Below, piece after piece: positions 9,085 to 19,579 of a stretch of 64,000 nucleotides of DNA. Source of the DNA: Deltaproteobacteria bacterium RIFCSPHIGHO2_02_FULL_44_16 (lineage in GTDB: Bacteria; UBA10199; 2-02-FULL-44-16); the NCBI GenBank assembly GCA_001798185.1, contig MGRM01000005.1, forward strand, positions 19,925-83,924. Direction: 5' to 3'. Numbering within the stretch: the stretch's first letter is position 1; each line of letters starts with the position of its first letter. Both the position numbers and the translations under genes were made by a program. Under the pieces are notes generated by a model. It was not told the origin of the DNA, ran no database searches, and saw nothing but the letters and a program-made list of their open reading frames with translations.

Positions 9085-9814
9085 AAATATCCTTATCACG
9101 GGAGCGAGTCGCGGGCTTGGGCGTGAACTGGCGCTTCACTGTGCTTCGCAAGGTGCACGCGTGTTTGCCATTGCACGTGACGAAGAAAAACTTCGTCTCT
9201 TAGCGGCAACGTCATCGCATATTCATCCCTATGTTGCCGACATTACGCAAGCAGCATGGTCAGACCAACTTCGTCGCATTCTTCACGAATATCCCATCGA
9301 CATTGCGATTCTGAATGCTGGCATCAAAGAACGATCAGAGCATCTCTTTTCACTTCCATCGGTAGAACGAACATTTGCCGTGAATGTTTTTGGTGCTTGT
9401 CGAACGGTTGAGGTTTTGCTTCCGCAGATGAGAGAGCAACAACATGGTCATCTTGTTTTTATTTCGAGTATGGGGGCTCATCACGGCATGGTTCAAGCTT
9501 CTGGATATAATGCTTCGAAGGCAGCGCTCCTGAACTTAGCCACCTCTTTACGTATGGATCTTGTTCGAGAAAAAATTCCGATCACCGTTACCGTGGTAGA
9601 GCCTGGATTATTTCGCACATCTATGATTTCATCCAAGGGACTCATGAATTGGTTGGCCATGGATGTGAGCGCTGTCTCCAAAAGAATTATAAAAGGGATT
9701 GTTCGTGGTGAAGAAAAAATTGTATGTCCAAAGTGGATGAGCTTTATGACCCAAGTGATTGCCCATGTTCCAGGACGATGGCAGAGAATGCTGCTGACGA
9801 GAGTGAAATCATGA
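9059..9814 (+). CDS. SDR family oxidoreductase
   Basis: TGASRGLG, LNAG, ISS, YNASK. Confidence 0.85.
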   Translation: MKHSFFHDKNILITGASRGLGRELALHCASQGARVFAIARDEEKLRLLAATSSHIHPYVADITQAAWSDQLRRILHEYPIDIAILNAGIKERSEHLFSLPSVERTFAVNVFGACRTVEVLLPQMREQQHGHLVFISSMGAHHGMVQASGYNASKAALLNLATSLRMDLVREKIPITVTVVEPGLFRTSMISSKGLMNWLAMDVSAVSKRIIKGIVRGEEKIVCPKWMSFMTQVIAHVPGRWQRMLLTRVKS

Positions 9815-10575
9815 CTCATCTTTCCGTAATTATTCCGGTCTACAATGCTGAAGCGTTCGTGAAACAGAATGTCCAGAAGGTATTGGCGGAACTTGCAACA
9901 CAATCTTTTGCTTGGGAAGTGATCGCTGTCGATGATGGCAGTCGTGATCGATCTCTTCTCTTTCTGCAAGAGCTCGCCAAAGAAAATCCAGAGCTTCGAG
10001 TCGTTGAAAGCAAGTGTAATCGAGGAAAGGGACACGCCGTTCGATTGGGGATCGAACATGCGCAAGGACATTATGTGGTCTTTAATGATGTCGATTTAGC
10101 CTATCCCGTCAGTGAAATCTTTCGGCTCTTAGCGGTGCTTGAAAAAGGGACCGATATTGCTATTGCTTGTCGGGTGTTACCTGAATCTCGCTATGAAATC
10201 AGCCCTGCCTTTTTTCGTTATCTGTATACGCGCCATGTGATGGGACGTTTTTTTAATCTCCTTGTTCGCAAGCTCTTGCTTCCTGGCCTTTTGGATACAC
10301 AGGCAGGGCTTAAAGGTTTTCGGGCAGAAGTGGCGAAAACCGTTTTTGCGCGCCAAACTCTTTTTCGTTTTAGTTTTGATGTCGAAATTCTCTATATTGC
10401 GCAAAAATTCGGTTTCAAGATTGAACAGGTGCCAATTTTCTTTCGTTATTTCTTTGAGGAAACAACCGTCCGTTTTTTTGAGGATACGGTGAAGATGGTA
10501 AGTGATTTGTGTCGAATTAAATTGAATGATTGGAGAGGGCGATACAGTGCGACAACTCCTTGTAAATGCCGATGA
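9811..10575 (+). CDS. GT2 polyprenol-phosphate glycosyltransferase (DPM/ArnC-like)
   Basis: SVIIPVYN, VDDGSRD, NRGKG, DVDLAYP, DTQAGLKGF, FDVEIL. Confidence 0.88.
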   Translation: MTHLSVIIPVYNAEAFVKQNVQKVLAELATQSFAWEVIAVDDGSRDRSLLFLQELAKENPELRVVESKCNRGKGHAVRLGIEHAQGHYVVFNDVDLAYPVSEIFRLLAVLEKGTDIAIACRVLPESRYEISPAFFRYLYTRHVMGRFFNLLVRKLLLPGLLDTQAGLKGFRAEVAKTVFARQTLFRFSFDVEILYIAQKFGFKIEQVPIFFRYFFEETTVRFFEDTVKMVSDLCRIKLNDWRGRYSATTPCKCR

Positions 10576-11404
10576 CTTCGGAATTTCCGAAGGCGTGAGT
10601 CGTGGCATTCTGTATTGCTATCAGAAGGGGATTGTTCGTTCTGCTTCGCTCATGGCAAATTTCCCTTCGTTTGAGACTGCGGTCTTGCTCGCACGACAAA
10701 ATCCTGGACTGAAAATAGGAGTGCATCTCAATGCGACCTCTGGAGTTCCGCTTCTTTCTCCAAAAACGATTCCTTCACTTGTGAGCTCACAAGGGATGTT
10801 TTATGCTCTGCATCCCTTGATTTCGCGCATGGTGTTGGGAAAGCTTGAGATGCCTGAACTCGAACAGGAATGGGCGGCTCAGATCGAACGTGTTCTTGGA
10901 GCTGGTCTCCAGCCGACGCATTTGGATACGCATCAACACGTGCACGGTTTTCCTGTCATTCGAAAACTCGTCACCCATTTAGCAAAACGTTTTTCCATTC
11001 CTCGAACGCGTCAGATGACAAACCTTCTTCGTCGAGGATTATATCTTCGTTCTCAGATGCTGTGGGATCGACACACCTATAGTGGTTGTCTGAAGACGCT
11101 GTTGCTTTCGATGCTCTCTCCTTTTGGTTCGCATGAGAAGAGGAAGAGACATTTGCTCGGAGTAGGGTATGTCCCTCAAGGTCAGTATCAGTCAGCACTG
11201 TTGCACTATTTCAAACATCTTCCGGAGAGCGATTCAGAACTTGTGTGCCATCCTGGATTTGTCGATGCTGAGCTTTCGCGCTGGGATCAGTGGACGCACA
11301 TGCGTGAGGAAGAATTAAAAGTGCTTTCTTCTTCGCAAACCTGGGACGCTCTTCAACATTATGGAGTTCATTTAGATGACACATCCTCTTCATTCCATTC
11401 GTGA
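10547..11404 (+). CDS. ChbG/YdjC/HpnK family carbohydrate deacetylase
   Basis: NADDFG, GVHLN, THLDTHQHVH, CHPG; GTG start after a purine-rich RBS. Confidence 0.9.
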   Translation: MRQLLVNADDFGISEGVSRGILYCYQKGIVRSASLMANFPSFETAVLLARQNPGLKIGVHLNATSGVPLLSPKTIPSLVSSQGMFYALHPLISRMVLGKLEMPELEQEWAAQIERVLGAGLQPTHLDTHQHVHGFPVIRKLVTHLAKRFSIPRTRQMTNLLRRGLYLRSQMLWDRHTYSGCLKTLLLSMLSPFGSHEKRKRHLLGVGYVPQGQYQSALLHYFKHLPESDSELVCHPGFVDAELSRWDQWTHMREEELKVLSSSQTWDALQHYGVHLDDTSSSFHS

Positions 11405-12050
11405 TCAAGTTCGTCACCTTTATTGGCGTGAAAGCATGGGGCCATTTTTTGATCGCCTCTTTACACGTTTACGACTGAAGGTACTTCCTCTCGAAGTTCT
11501 CAATACGGTAGTTCCTGCTCAGGGGAAAATAGTTGAGATCGGTTGCGGGCATGGACTCATTTGCAATTATCTCGGTTTAGCAAACCCAGAACGTGAAATC
11601 ATTGGAGTCGATATCGATCCTCGTCGCATGACCATGGCAAAAACAACCTTGAATGGAAGGGAAAATGTTCATTTTCAAGAAGGACGTTTTGAACATTTTC
11701 ATTTTATCAATCTCGACATGGTCATTCTTTTTGGAGTTCTCTGTGTCATTCCGATCCGATATTGGGATGAACTCTTCGCCAATATTCATCGCGCGCTCAA
11801 GCCTGGTGGAGAGTTGCTCCTTCACGATATCCGTGTTGATGATTCAATGCTCTTTCGTCTTCACACCTTCAAAGAAACACTTTTTCGTGTGGTTGGCATT
11901 ACACGAGGTGAAGGAGTGAATGTGATGCCGCCAGATGTTTTGGAAAAGAGAATGATGCAATACGGTTTTACCGTTCGTGCACTTGGGCCCGAACTTGATG
12001 TCCCTTTTCACTCCTGTTTTACATGGCTTCTCACAAAACAATCACACTAA
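11376..12050 (+). CDS. Class I SAM-dependent methyltransferase
   Basis: VEIGCGHG, GVDID, LKPGG. Confidence 0.85.
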   Translation: MTHPLHSIRDQVRHLYWRESMGPFFDRLFTRLRLKVLPLEVLNTVVPAQGKIVEIGCGHGLICNYLGLANPEREIIGVDIDPRRMTMAKTTLNGRENVHFQEGRFEHFHFINLDMVILFGVLCVIPIRYWDELFANIHRALKPGGELLLHDIRVDDSMLFRLHTFKETLFRVVGITRGEGVNVMPPDVLEKRMMQYGFTVRALGPELDVPFHSCFTWLLTKQSH

Positions 12051-13567
12051 GTATCTTTGTGCTCATCCTCCTTCTTGCCTGCGGCTTAGGGTTCATGGCG
12101 GTTTTTGGAAACTTTGATACCAATGAAGGATGGTATGCCAACGATCTCTTTTTGGTCAGTCAAGGAATGCGACCTTACGAAGATTTTTTCTATCATCGGC
12201 TTCCGCTGTTTCTTTATAGTTTTGTCCCTTTTCAGTCATTCATCAGCATTGATTGGATCACGCTGCGAATTTTTTCAGCACTCTTTTTGTGGCTTGCTGC
12301 GTGTGGACTTGTTTGGCTGTTATGGGGACGTGTCCGACCTGCGCTGATCTGTTTGGCTATCGGACTTCTGTGCGTCAATATTCATGGCCTTCACATTTTT
12401 GCGACCGTGCAAGTCTATTCTATCGTGGCCTTTTTCTATATCGTGATACTTCTGGTTGTCGAAAAAGTTCGTACAGCATGGCTTTCTGTTCTTTTTTTTG
12501 CCTGTTTGTGTGTTGTTGCGCAGTGGATGCGTTATCCGATTGATTATCTCCCCTTTGTTTTTTTTCTTTATCTTTTCGTCGTCTTTTGGGGTCGCTGGTC
12601 GTTGATGTTGTTAGGCCTCGTTGTTTACGTGAGCTTGCACGCATTTCTTCTCTCACAGTTTGCTTCGGAGAAATTTTTTCATCACATCATTTTTGGTATG
12701 AATCCTTTTCAATATCTTCAGGGAGAACTTCCGAAGCTCGAGTTTGGATCGATGGCATGGTTGCGTTATAAGTCCGATTGGCTTCTCTCTGGCGTGCGTT
12801 GGTTTTTCCCTCTTTTGCTTTTGGGATTTCCCTTGCTTGTAGTTTTTTTCTCCCGGTACAAGTTTCGTTTTTGGTTGAATCGTTCTTTTCTTGCGAAACA
12901 TCGTGGAGCTTGGCTCGCATTTCTTCTCGTTACCGGAAATACAAGTATGTATCTTCTTGCTCCGGAAGGTCACCCGGTTCAACTCTATTATATTTTCCCT
13001 GTGTTGCTGTATCTTCTGTGTCATCTTCTCGATTGGGGTTTCTCGTTTTCACCTCCAATGCCACGATATGCCTTTTCGACAATGACCTTTGTTCTTGTGT
13101 TGAGTGCCCCTTGGCTGCATGACCGCGATGTTCGTCTCTCTTCCACGGCTCGCGATACTGCAATTGTCGCTCAGATAGCGACAGAGTTAAAAAAACATTG
13201 CTCTGCTGGTGAAGAGCTGCTTACGTTTACTCCGCTCGTGGCCATGGAAAGCTCCATGCGAGTGACTCCTGGACTTGAGTTTGAAACCTTTAGTTATTTT
13301 GATTCATTATCGACGTCAGAAGCAGCACAATATGGATTGATGAATCGTGAATTGTTGGTGCAACGTGTTCAAGAAAAACAACCTTGTGCGATTCACTTGG
13401 ATAACCGATTTCATCAAACTCAAGGAAATGCAGCTCGTTTACGTGCGATGCAAAAGGATTTTTTGCGCACCGTGACATTTCATTATCTTCCGCCTTCTTC
13501 CTTGGCTGAAACAGGATGGGAAGCGTTACGAGGACCAGTCTTCCTCTATTTTCGTCGTGAAAGTTAG
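12023..13567 (+). CDS. Multi-pass membrane GT-C-like glycosyltransferase (ArnT/PMT-like)
   Basis: About 11-13 hydrophobic segments; acidic DTNEGWY and PYEDFF in first loop; soluble C-terminal domain. Confidence 0.65.
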   Translation: MASHKTITLSIFVLILLLACGLGFMAVFGNFDTNEGWYANDLFLVSQGMRPYEDFFYHRLPLFLYSFVPFQSFISIDWITLRIFSALFLWLAACGLVWLLWGRVRPALICLAIGLLCVNIHGLHIFATVQVYSIVAFFYIVILLVVEKVRTAWLSVLFFACLCVVAQWMRYPIDYLPFVFFLYLFVVFWGRWSLMLLGLVVYVSLHAFLLSQFASEKFFHHIIFGMNPFQYLQGELPKLEFGSMAWLRYKSDWLLSGVRWFFPLLLLGFPLLVVFFSRYKFRFWLNRSFLAKHRGAWLAFLLVTGNTSMYLLAPEGHPVQLYYIFPVLLYLLCHLLDWGFSFSPPMPRYAFSTMTFVLVLSAPWLHDRDVRLSSTARDTAIVAQIATELKKHCSAGEELLTFTPLVAMESSMRVTPGLEFETFSYFDSLSTSEAAQYGLMNRELLVQRVQEKQPCAIHLDNRFHQTQGNAARLRAMQKDFLRTVTFHYLPPSSLAETGWEALRGPVFLYFRRES

Positions 13568-13597
13568 AAAAAATTAACACTCTTAAAGGAGAAAAGT

Positions 13598-14449
13598 ATG
13601 AAAAAAGGAAATTTTATTCAGAACTGGGATGTGAGTTACGAAGAATTAGCCACCACCTATAATGATGATCATATTCAATCGCGAGATGATCTGCTCCAAC
13701 TGCTCGAGTATGAATATGTGTACGAAGACATTATAAAAAATATCAAAAAACCAATTCATGAAATCAAAACCTTGGAAATTGGCTGCGGTGGAGCTCGTGT
13801 TTCTGTCTATTTGGCAAAGAAGGGGATGCAGGTCACCTGTACGGATAATGCTCGCGAAGCCTTGCGTTTAGCAGAAGCCAATTTCAAAAAAGAAAATGCA
13901 AAAAATTATACGTTAGTCGAAGATGATCTTTTGCATTCTAAACTCATTCCCGAGTCCTATGATGTGGTCATGAGTTTCGGATTGTTAGAGCATTTTCGAG
14001 ATCTTGATGAACTCTTTACAGCGATGTCTCGTTTTATTCGACCAGGTGGGATTCATATCCACGATATTATTACCAAACGATTTTCAATACGAAAGGTGAC
14101 AGAAATTTGGAATACGATTGCTCGTTTTTTGAAAAGATTTTTTACATTTCAATGGAAGAAAATGTTTACAGAAAGCTATATTCCCTTTCCTCATTATGAA
14201 AATAGTTATTCGCTTGATCAATATGTCGAAGCTATGGATCGCAGTGGATGTAATCTTGTTTATCGTGGCGGTATGGTTTTCTGGACATTTTTTGCACTTC
14301 CACGTTCTTGGCAAAGAGCTCTTGTAAGCTGGGCAAAACGTCATCCCGATTTTTTCCGCAACCTCGATCGTTCAGGGAAAAAGTGGATGGAAGTTGTGGG
14401 AGCAACGTGGTGGCTTGTTGGAAAGAAAAGAGAAAAAATAGGCTCTTAA
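13598..14449 (+). CDS. Class I SAM-dependent methyltransferase
   Basis: LEIGCGG, SFGLLEHF, RPGG; strong RBS aaggag. Confidence 0.85.
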   Translation: MKKGNFIQNWDVSYEELATTYNDDHIQSRDDLLQLLEYEYVYEDIIKNIKKPIHEIKTLEIGCGGARVSVYLAKKGMQVTCTDNAREALRLAEANFKKENAKNYTLVEDDLLHSKLIPESYDVVMSFGLLEHFRDLDELFTAMSRFIRPGGIHIHDIITKRFSIRKVTEIWNTIARFLKRFFTFQWKKMFTESYIPFPHYENSYSLDQYVEAMDRSGCNLVYRGGMVFWTFFALPRSWQRALVSWAKRHPDFFRNLDRSGKKWMEVVGATWWLVGKKREKIGS

Positions 14450-16237
14450 GTGAAAATCTATTTTCTTTTTGAAAGAAATAAAAAACTACTGCGTTCTTTT
14501 ATCCAAGAGCATGCTCCAAAGCGACTCTTTGTGTCGCCGATGCTTCAAGAAGAATGTAGAGCGCAAGGAGTTGAGTGTACTTCTCTTGATGATCTTGGCG
14601 ATTTCTCTCAAGGAGAAATGAGTTACGCTCTTCGTGCTCGAGCTTTTTTGGATGAACTTCTGGTGCTTCATCGGAAACATGGATTTTTAAGGCTGAAGCA
14701 AGTTTCGTTTTTGGAAATAAATACGGCGCCGCTGATTCTTTACTATCTTCAAAAAAGTTTTCGGCTTCTTGAAATTACAGAAAAATTTCTCAATACGTTG
14801 CAGCCGATACAGGTGATTCTTAGTTCCAGTGATCACGATGTGGCTCGAGTGGTTTACGAGGAGTGTCTCCAAAGAAAAATTGAAGTTGAAGTTTTAGATC
14901 ACAAGAGAGGCAAAAAGATTTTTCCTTTTGCTCGTTCACTTGTATGGTTTTTGCGCGAGATCATGCTTTCATTTCGTTTTTTCGGAAAGCGTCAACCCAT
15001 TTCTCCCTGTCATGTTTTAATGGTGTGTAATGTGAAGCGACAATTTGAATCTTTTATTCCGGTGATTGAACAATTATTGAAGAGAAAGAATCAGCGACTT
15101 TGCGTTCTCACGAAATTTCCCTTGGATCCTTCACAACGTATTGTGAATGAGCGTTTACAATACATCACGTGGGCATCTGTGCGATCATATGGATATATTC
15201 CTCATCTTCTTTTATCGTGTGTGCGTCTTCTGAATTGTGAGCGAAGAAATTCTTTTACGAATCTCATTCAAACTCATGGTTTTCTTCGATGGATGCTTCA
15301 GAAGTGGTTTTCAGTAATGTGTTTGCGATCCGTGCGTGCTCTGGAGCTTTCTGGACGTGTGCTTCAAAAAACAAAGCCTCAGGTTATTGTCGTCAGTGAT
15401 GTTTCCGATTATGAAGCCAAAAGTATCACTGCTCTTGGGAAGTTCAAACAATGTAAAACCTTTTGTCTGCAGTATGGAATGCTTGCACCTCAAGATAGTG
15501 AATGGCATTATTTGCACCAGGATTACGTGGGAGCTTTTGATCACGAGAGCGCACATATCATGGCCGGTCATGGTATTGAACATCATCGTATTATTGTTAC
15601 CGGAAATCCACGCTTTGATCTCTATCGTCAAAATAAAAGGATGAGAAATGAATTTCGTGAGATACGTAACATTCCAAAAAATGCGCGGCTCGTTGCATTT
15701 ATGTCAGTCCCTGTTGCTTCTGAGGAAACTGGCGGGATTGAATCTGGTATGACCAAAAGCGAATATGAAACTATTCTGGAGACAATTTATGGACTTCTCA
15801 ACGACATGGATGGAATTTTTCTGGTCGTCAAGCCGCATCCAGAAGAAGATATTTCAATTCATCAAAAATTTCGTGCTGCTTCTCAGGAAGATCACTTTAA
15901 ATTTGTCACCAATTGCTCCGCGTATGAACTGCTCAACGCTGCAGATATTGTGATTACGCTTTATTCCACGACAGCACTTGAGGCGGTGTATCTCGACAAG
16001 CCGCTCTTTCTCCTGAATTTTCGACAAGGTGCAGATCTCGTCGATATTGCTGAGAGAGGTGCTGCCGTAAGCATTCGTTCGCGTGAAGAACTGGTGCAGG
16101 CTCTTCGCGATTATTTCCGGAATACAGAGATGGAAAAGAAATATGGTGAAGGAAGAAAACAATATCTCGCACAAATGGGAATAAAACCCGGAGAGAGTGC
16201 TTCGCGATGTGCGGAAGTGATCATGTCATTACATTAA
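14450..16237 (+). CDS. GT-B fold surface-carbohydrate protein (CDP-glycerol transferase/sialyltransferase-like); candidate nonulosonate transferase
   Basis: LQYG, TGNPRFD, KPHP, STTALEA motifs. Confidence 0.6.
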   Translation: MKIYFLFERNKKLLRSFIQEHAPKRLFVSPMLQEECRAQGVECTSLDDLGDFSQGEMSYALRARAFLDELLVLHRKHGFLRLKQVSFLEINTAPLILYYLQKSFRLLEITEKFLNTLQPIQVILSSSDHDVARVVYEECLQRKIEVEVLDHKRGKKIFPFARSLVWFLREIMLSFRFFGKRQPISPCHVLMVCNVKRQFESFIPVIEQLLKRKNQRLCVLTKFPLDPSQRIVNERLQYITWASVRSYGYIPHLLLSCVRLLNCERRNSFTNLIQTHGFLRWMLQKWFSVMCLRSVRALELSGRVLQKTKPQVIVVSDVSDYEAKSITALGKFKQCKTFCLQYGMLAPQDSEWHYLHQDYVGAFDHESAHIMAGHGIEHHRIIVTGNPRFDLYRQNKRMRNEFREIRNIPKNARLVAFMSVPVASEETGGIESGMTKSEYETILETIYGLLNDMDGIFLVVKPHPEEDISIHQKFRAASQEDHFKFVTNCSAYELLNAADIVITLYSTTALEAVYLDKPLFLLNFRQGADLVDIAERGAAVSIRSREELVQALRDYFRNTEMEKKYGEGRKQYLAQMGIKPGESASRCAEVIMSLH

Positions 16238-16246
16238 GGAGCCTTT

Positions 16247-17524
16247 ATGAATTATGCTGCACTTGAAAAATGTCGTATTTGTGGATCTCCCCATTTGACG
16301 CCAGTCATTGATTTGGGAGCTCAGATGCTTGCCACGGTGACAGTTACTGAGGAGAATAAAGATCGATATCCAAAAGAAAAGGTGCCGTTGGTCGTGGTGC
16401 GTTGCGATAAAGAAAAAAATCCAAAAGGATGTGGACTAGTACAGATGAAATATACGTATCCCAGCACAAATATTTATCGTGAATATTGGTACCGTTCGGG
16501 GGTCAATCAAACTATGCGCGATGTTCTCAAGGATGTGGTCGAATCTGCGATGCGTCGAGTTGACCTGCGTCCAGAAGATACGGTGCTTGATATCGGATGC
16601 AATGATGGAACTTTGCTCAGCAATTATGATCCAAAACTCAATCGTATTGGAATTGATCCTGTCGAAAATATTCGAGGAGAAAACGAAACATTTACGCGTG
16701 TCATCGGTTTTTTTAATGCGGCGAATTTCAATCGTGTTGCCAAAGGAAAAAAGGCAAAGATTATGACGAGTATTGCCATGTTCTATGACCTGGAAGACCC
16801 AAATGCGTTTGTCGCTGATATCGCAACGTGTTTAGCCGATGATGGCATCTGGATCGTGCAAATGGCAGATCTCCCGGAAATGCTTCAAAACAATATGTAT
16901 GATCAAATTGTTCATGAACATCTGGAATACTATCATATCGAACCTTTTCGTTATCTCGTTGAGCAGCATGGACTGAAAATTGTCGATATTGAGAAAAACT
17001 TGGCAAATGGAAGTAGCTATCGATTCTCGGTGCGCAAAGAGGGGAGTGCGTCTCCTTCCCCAGAGGCGCACAAGCGAATGGAACAATGGATGAAGGAAGA
17101 AGAAGCCCTTCATTTAACAGGTGAAGCTATTTACGATCGTTTTCGAAAAGATGTTTTGAACACGAAAGAAGAGCTCATTCGCTTTGTTCGAAGTGAACGC
17201 GCAAAAGGGAAAACGATCTTTGGTTATGGAGCTTCGACGAAAGGGAATGTTATTTTACAGTATTGCGGTTTTACGTCTGAAGATATCTCCTGCATTGCAG
17301 ATCGTAATCAATATAAATGGAATGGAGAAACAGTCGGGACGCATATTCCGATTATTTCAGAAGAAGAGGCGCGTCGCCAAAAACCGGACTACTTTCTCGT
17401 TCTTCCATATTACTTTGCGCAAGAAATGATGGTGAGAGAAAAAGAATATTTAAAGCATGGCGGGAAATTTGTGATTCCGCTTCCCCATGTCTCCTTGCTT
17501 GATGCGAGTGCCTTGCCCGCGTGA
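16247..17524 (+). CDS. NDP-hexose C-methyltransferase
   Basis: N-terminal CRICGS..C..CGLVQ Zn site, DIGCNDG, YDQIVHEH, GYGASTKG C-terminal domain. Confidence 0.88.
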   Translation: MNYAALEKCRICGSPHLTPVIDLGAQMLATVTVTEENKDRYPKEKVPLVVVRCDKEKNPKGCGLVQMKYTYPSTNIYREYWYRSGVNQTMRDVLKDVVESAMRRVDLRPEDTVLDIGCNDGTLLSNYDPKLNRIGIDPVENIRGENETFTRVIGFFNAANFNRVAKGKKAKIMTSIAMFYDLEDPNAFVADIATCLADDGIWIVQMADLPEMLQNNMYDQIVHEHLEYYHIEPFRYLVEQHGLKIVDIEKNLANGSSYRFSVRKEGSASPSPEAHKRMEQWMKEEEALHLTGEAIYDRFRKDVLNTKEELIRFVRSERAKGKTIFGYGASTKGNVILQYCGFTSEDISCIADRNQYKWNGETVGTHIPIISEEEARRQKPDYFLVLPYYFAQEMMVREKEYLKHGGKFVIPLPHVSLLDASALPA

Positions 17525-18513
17525 AAAAAAGAGCTCTTATTACTGGAGTCTTCGGCCAAGATGGAAGCTACGTTGCGGAGCTTCTTGCGAAAAAGGGATA
17601 TGAAGTCCATGGCATTGCACGCCTGCCCCTTTCAAAAAATGCTCAACGCATTTGTGCTTTCCTCCAAAAAAATGGGATCGACATCATAACTCATGAATGT
17701 CTTCTGGAAAAATATACCGATGTTCTTGCACTGATCTCAGCCCTGCGACCGCATGAATGTTATCATTTGGCGGCAACACATTATTCTTCGCAGGCAACAG
17801 AAGCTGAGCGCCTCACGATTGCCCGAGAACTTTATCAAAATAATATTATTTCTGCGTCCAATCTTCTGCATGCCATTCATGTTTCTTCTCCTGAAACCAA
17901 AGTCGTGTTCGCAGGATCGAGCCTTATGTTTGATGCTACAAACGAATCACCGCAAGATGAAACCACTCCTTTTTCAACCGCATCCATTTATGGACTTTCC
18001 AAGGTTGCGGCAGCAGAACTCGCTCGTTTTTATCGTGCACAGCATGGGATGCATGTGACCAATGCCATTCTTTACAATCATGAATCTCCTCGAAGGTCAT
18101 TTGATTTTGTGACACAAAAAATCGCGTGGAATGTGGCTCAGATCAAGATGGGGACATCGACCACAATGACACTTGGGAATCTTCATTCAGCAAAAGATTG
18201 GGGCTATGCTCAAGATTATGCGAATGGAATGTATCTCGCGGCACAGCAGGAGAAGAGTGACGATTATATTTTCGCAACCGGAGAACTTCATTCTGTAGAA
18301 GAATTTCTCTCGTATGCTTTTCGCGCGATTGGTGTTGAACAATGGCGTGACTATGTGACAATCGATGCAACCCTTGCCACAAAACTGGATACGCCGCTGA
18401 GAGGAAATGCACAGAAAGCTTATCAGCAATTGAATTGGAAACACACGCTGACCTTTTCAGAGCTTGCAGAAAAAATGGTCAACGCTGTTCTTGATGAAAA
18501 ATCAAAATTATAA
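17521..18513 (+). CDS. GDP-mannose 4,6-dehydratase-like SDR, divergent
   Basis: TGVFGQDGSY, YGLSK, NHESPRR, DWGYA; the catalytic Glu position reads GSSLMF. Confidence 0.8.
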   Translation: MKKRALITGVFGQDGSYVAELLAKKGYEVHGIARLPLSKNAQRICAFLQKNGIDIITHECLLEKYTDVLALISALRPHECYHLAATHYSSQATEAERLTIARELYQNNIISASNLLHAIHVSSPETKVVFAGSSLMFDATNESPQDETTPFSTASIYGLSKVAAAELARFYRAQHGMHVTNAILYNHESPRRSFDFVTQKIAWNVAQIKMGTSTTMTLGNLHSAKDWGYAQDYANGMYLAAQQEKSDDYIFATGELHSVEEFLSYAFRAIGVEQWRDYVTIDATLATKLDTPLRGNAQKAYQQLNWKHTLTFSELAEKMVNAVLDEKSKL

Positions 18514-18528
18514 CCACAAGGATGACGC

Positions 18529-19569
18529 ATGAAAAAAGCATTTATTTCAGGAATCACAGGACAGGATGGAAGTTATCTCGCAGAATTTTTACTTTCAAAG
18601 GGTTACGAAGTGCATGGATTGGTGCGTCGCTCCAGTAGTTTTAATCGAGAGCGTATTGATCATCTTTATGTGGATCAGCATCATAGTGGCTGCAAGCTCT
18701 TTCTTCACTACGGCGACATTTCTGATTCAGGAAGTCTCACGAACTTGCTTCACAGTATTCGTCCTGATGAAGTGTACAATCTCGGAGCACAAAGTCATGT
18801 GAAGGTAAGTTTTGAAATGCCTGAATATACCTCCGACGTTGTTGGACTTGGAACCATTCGGATGTTGGAAGCTATTCGACGAGCAAATGTGGGATGTAAA
18901 TTTTATCAAGCCTCGAGCAGTGAAATGTTTGGAAGTGCTCCACCTCCTCAACGTGAGACAACTCCTTTTGAGCCTCGTAGCCCCTATGCAGTTGCGAAAA
19001 TTATGGGTTACTATTCGACTCAAAATTATCGTGAAGCTTATGGTCTTTTTGCTTCCAACGGCATTCTTTTTAATCATGAAAGTCCAAGGCGTGGCGAATC
19101 CTTTGTGACCAGAAAAATCACGATCAGTATCGCACGTATTTTGGCGGGGAAACAAAACAAACTCTATTTGGGAAATCTGAAAGCAAAAAGAGATTGGGGA
19201 TATGCGCCCGATTATGTTGAAGCGATGTGGAAGATGCTGCAGTGTGAAACATCTGGTGATTTTGTGATTGGAACTGGTGAAACGCACTCGGTGGAAGAGT
19301 TTGTACAAGAGTCATTTGCCTATGCAGGTTTGAATTATCAAAAATATGTCGAGATTGATCCAAAGTATTTTCGTCCGCTTGAAGTCGATAATCTCCGTGC
19401 AGACATTACCAAAGTCAAAAAGAGTTTTGATTTTGAACCCCGTGTCAATTTTTCGGATCTCGTTAAAATTATGGTTGATGCTGATATCGAAAAAATAGGT
19501 CTTCCGTCAAAGGGCGAAGGAAGAAAGATACTTAAAGACAAAGACTTTTTCTGGCTTCGAAACATGTAA
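18529..19569 (+). CDS. gmd: GDP-mannose 4,6-dehydratase
   Basis: [47 protein letters not shown]. Confidence 0.95.
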   Translation: MKKAFISGITGQDGSYLAEFLLSKGYEVHGLVRRSSSFNRERIDHLYVDQHHSGCKLFLHYGDISDSGSLTNLLHSIRPDEVYNLGAQSHVKVSFEMPEYTSDVVGLGTIRMLEAIRRANVGCKFYQASSSEMFGSAPPPQRETTPFEPRSPYAVAKIMGYYSTQNYREAYGLFASNGILFNHESPRRGESFVTRKITISIARILAGKQNKLYLGNLKAKRDWGYAPDYVEAMWKMLQCETSGDFVIGTGETHSVEEFVQESFAYAGLNYQKYVEIDPKYFRPLEVDNLRADITKVKKSFDFEPRVNFSDLVKIMVDADIEKIGLPSKGEGRKILKDKDFFWLRNM

Positions 19570-19579
19570 AGGGGAAATA

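Noticed and set aside
9493..10071. 192-aa minus-strand ORF (also 18727-19308, 52914-53426)
   Set aside because: Fully antisense to well-supported genes; no motifs.
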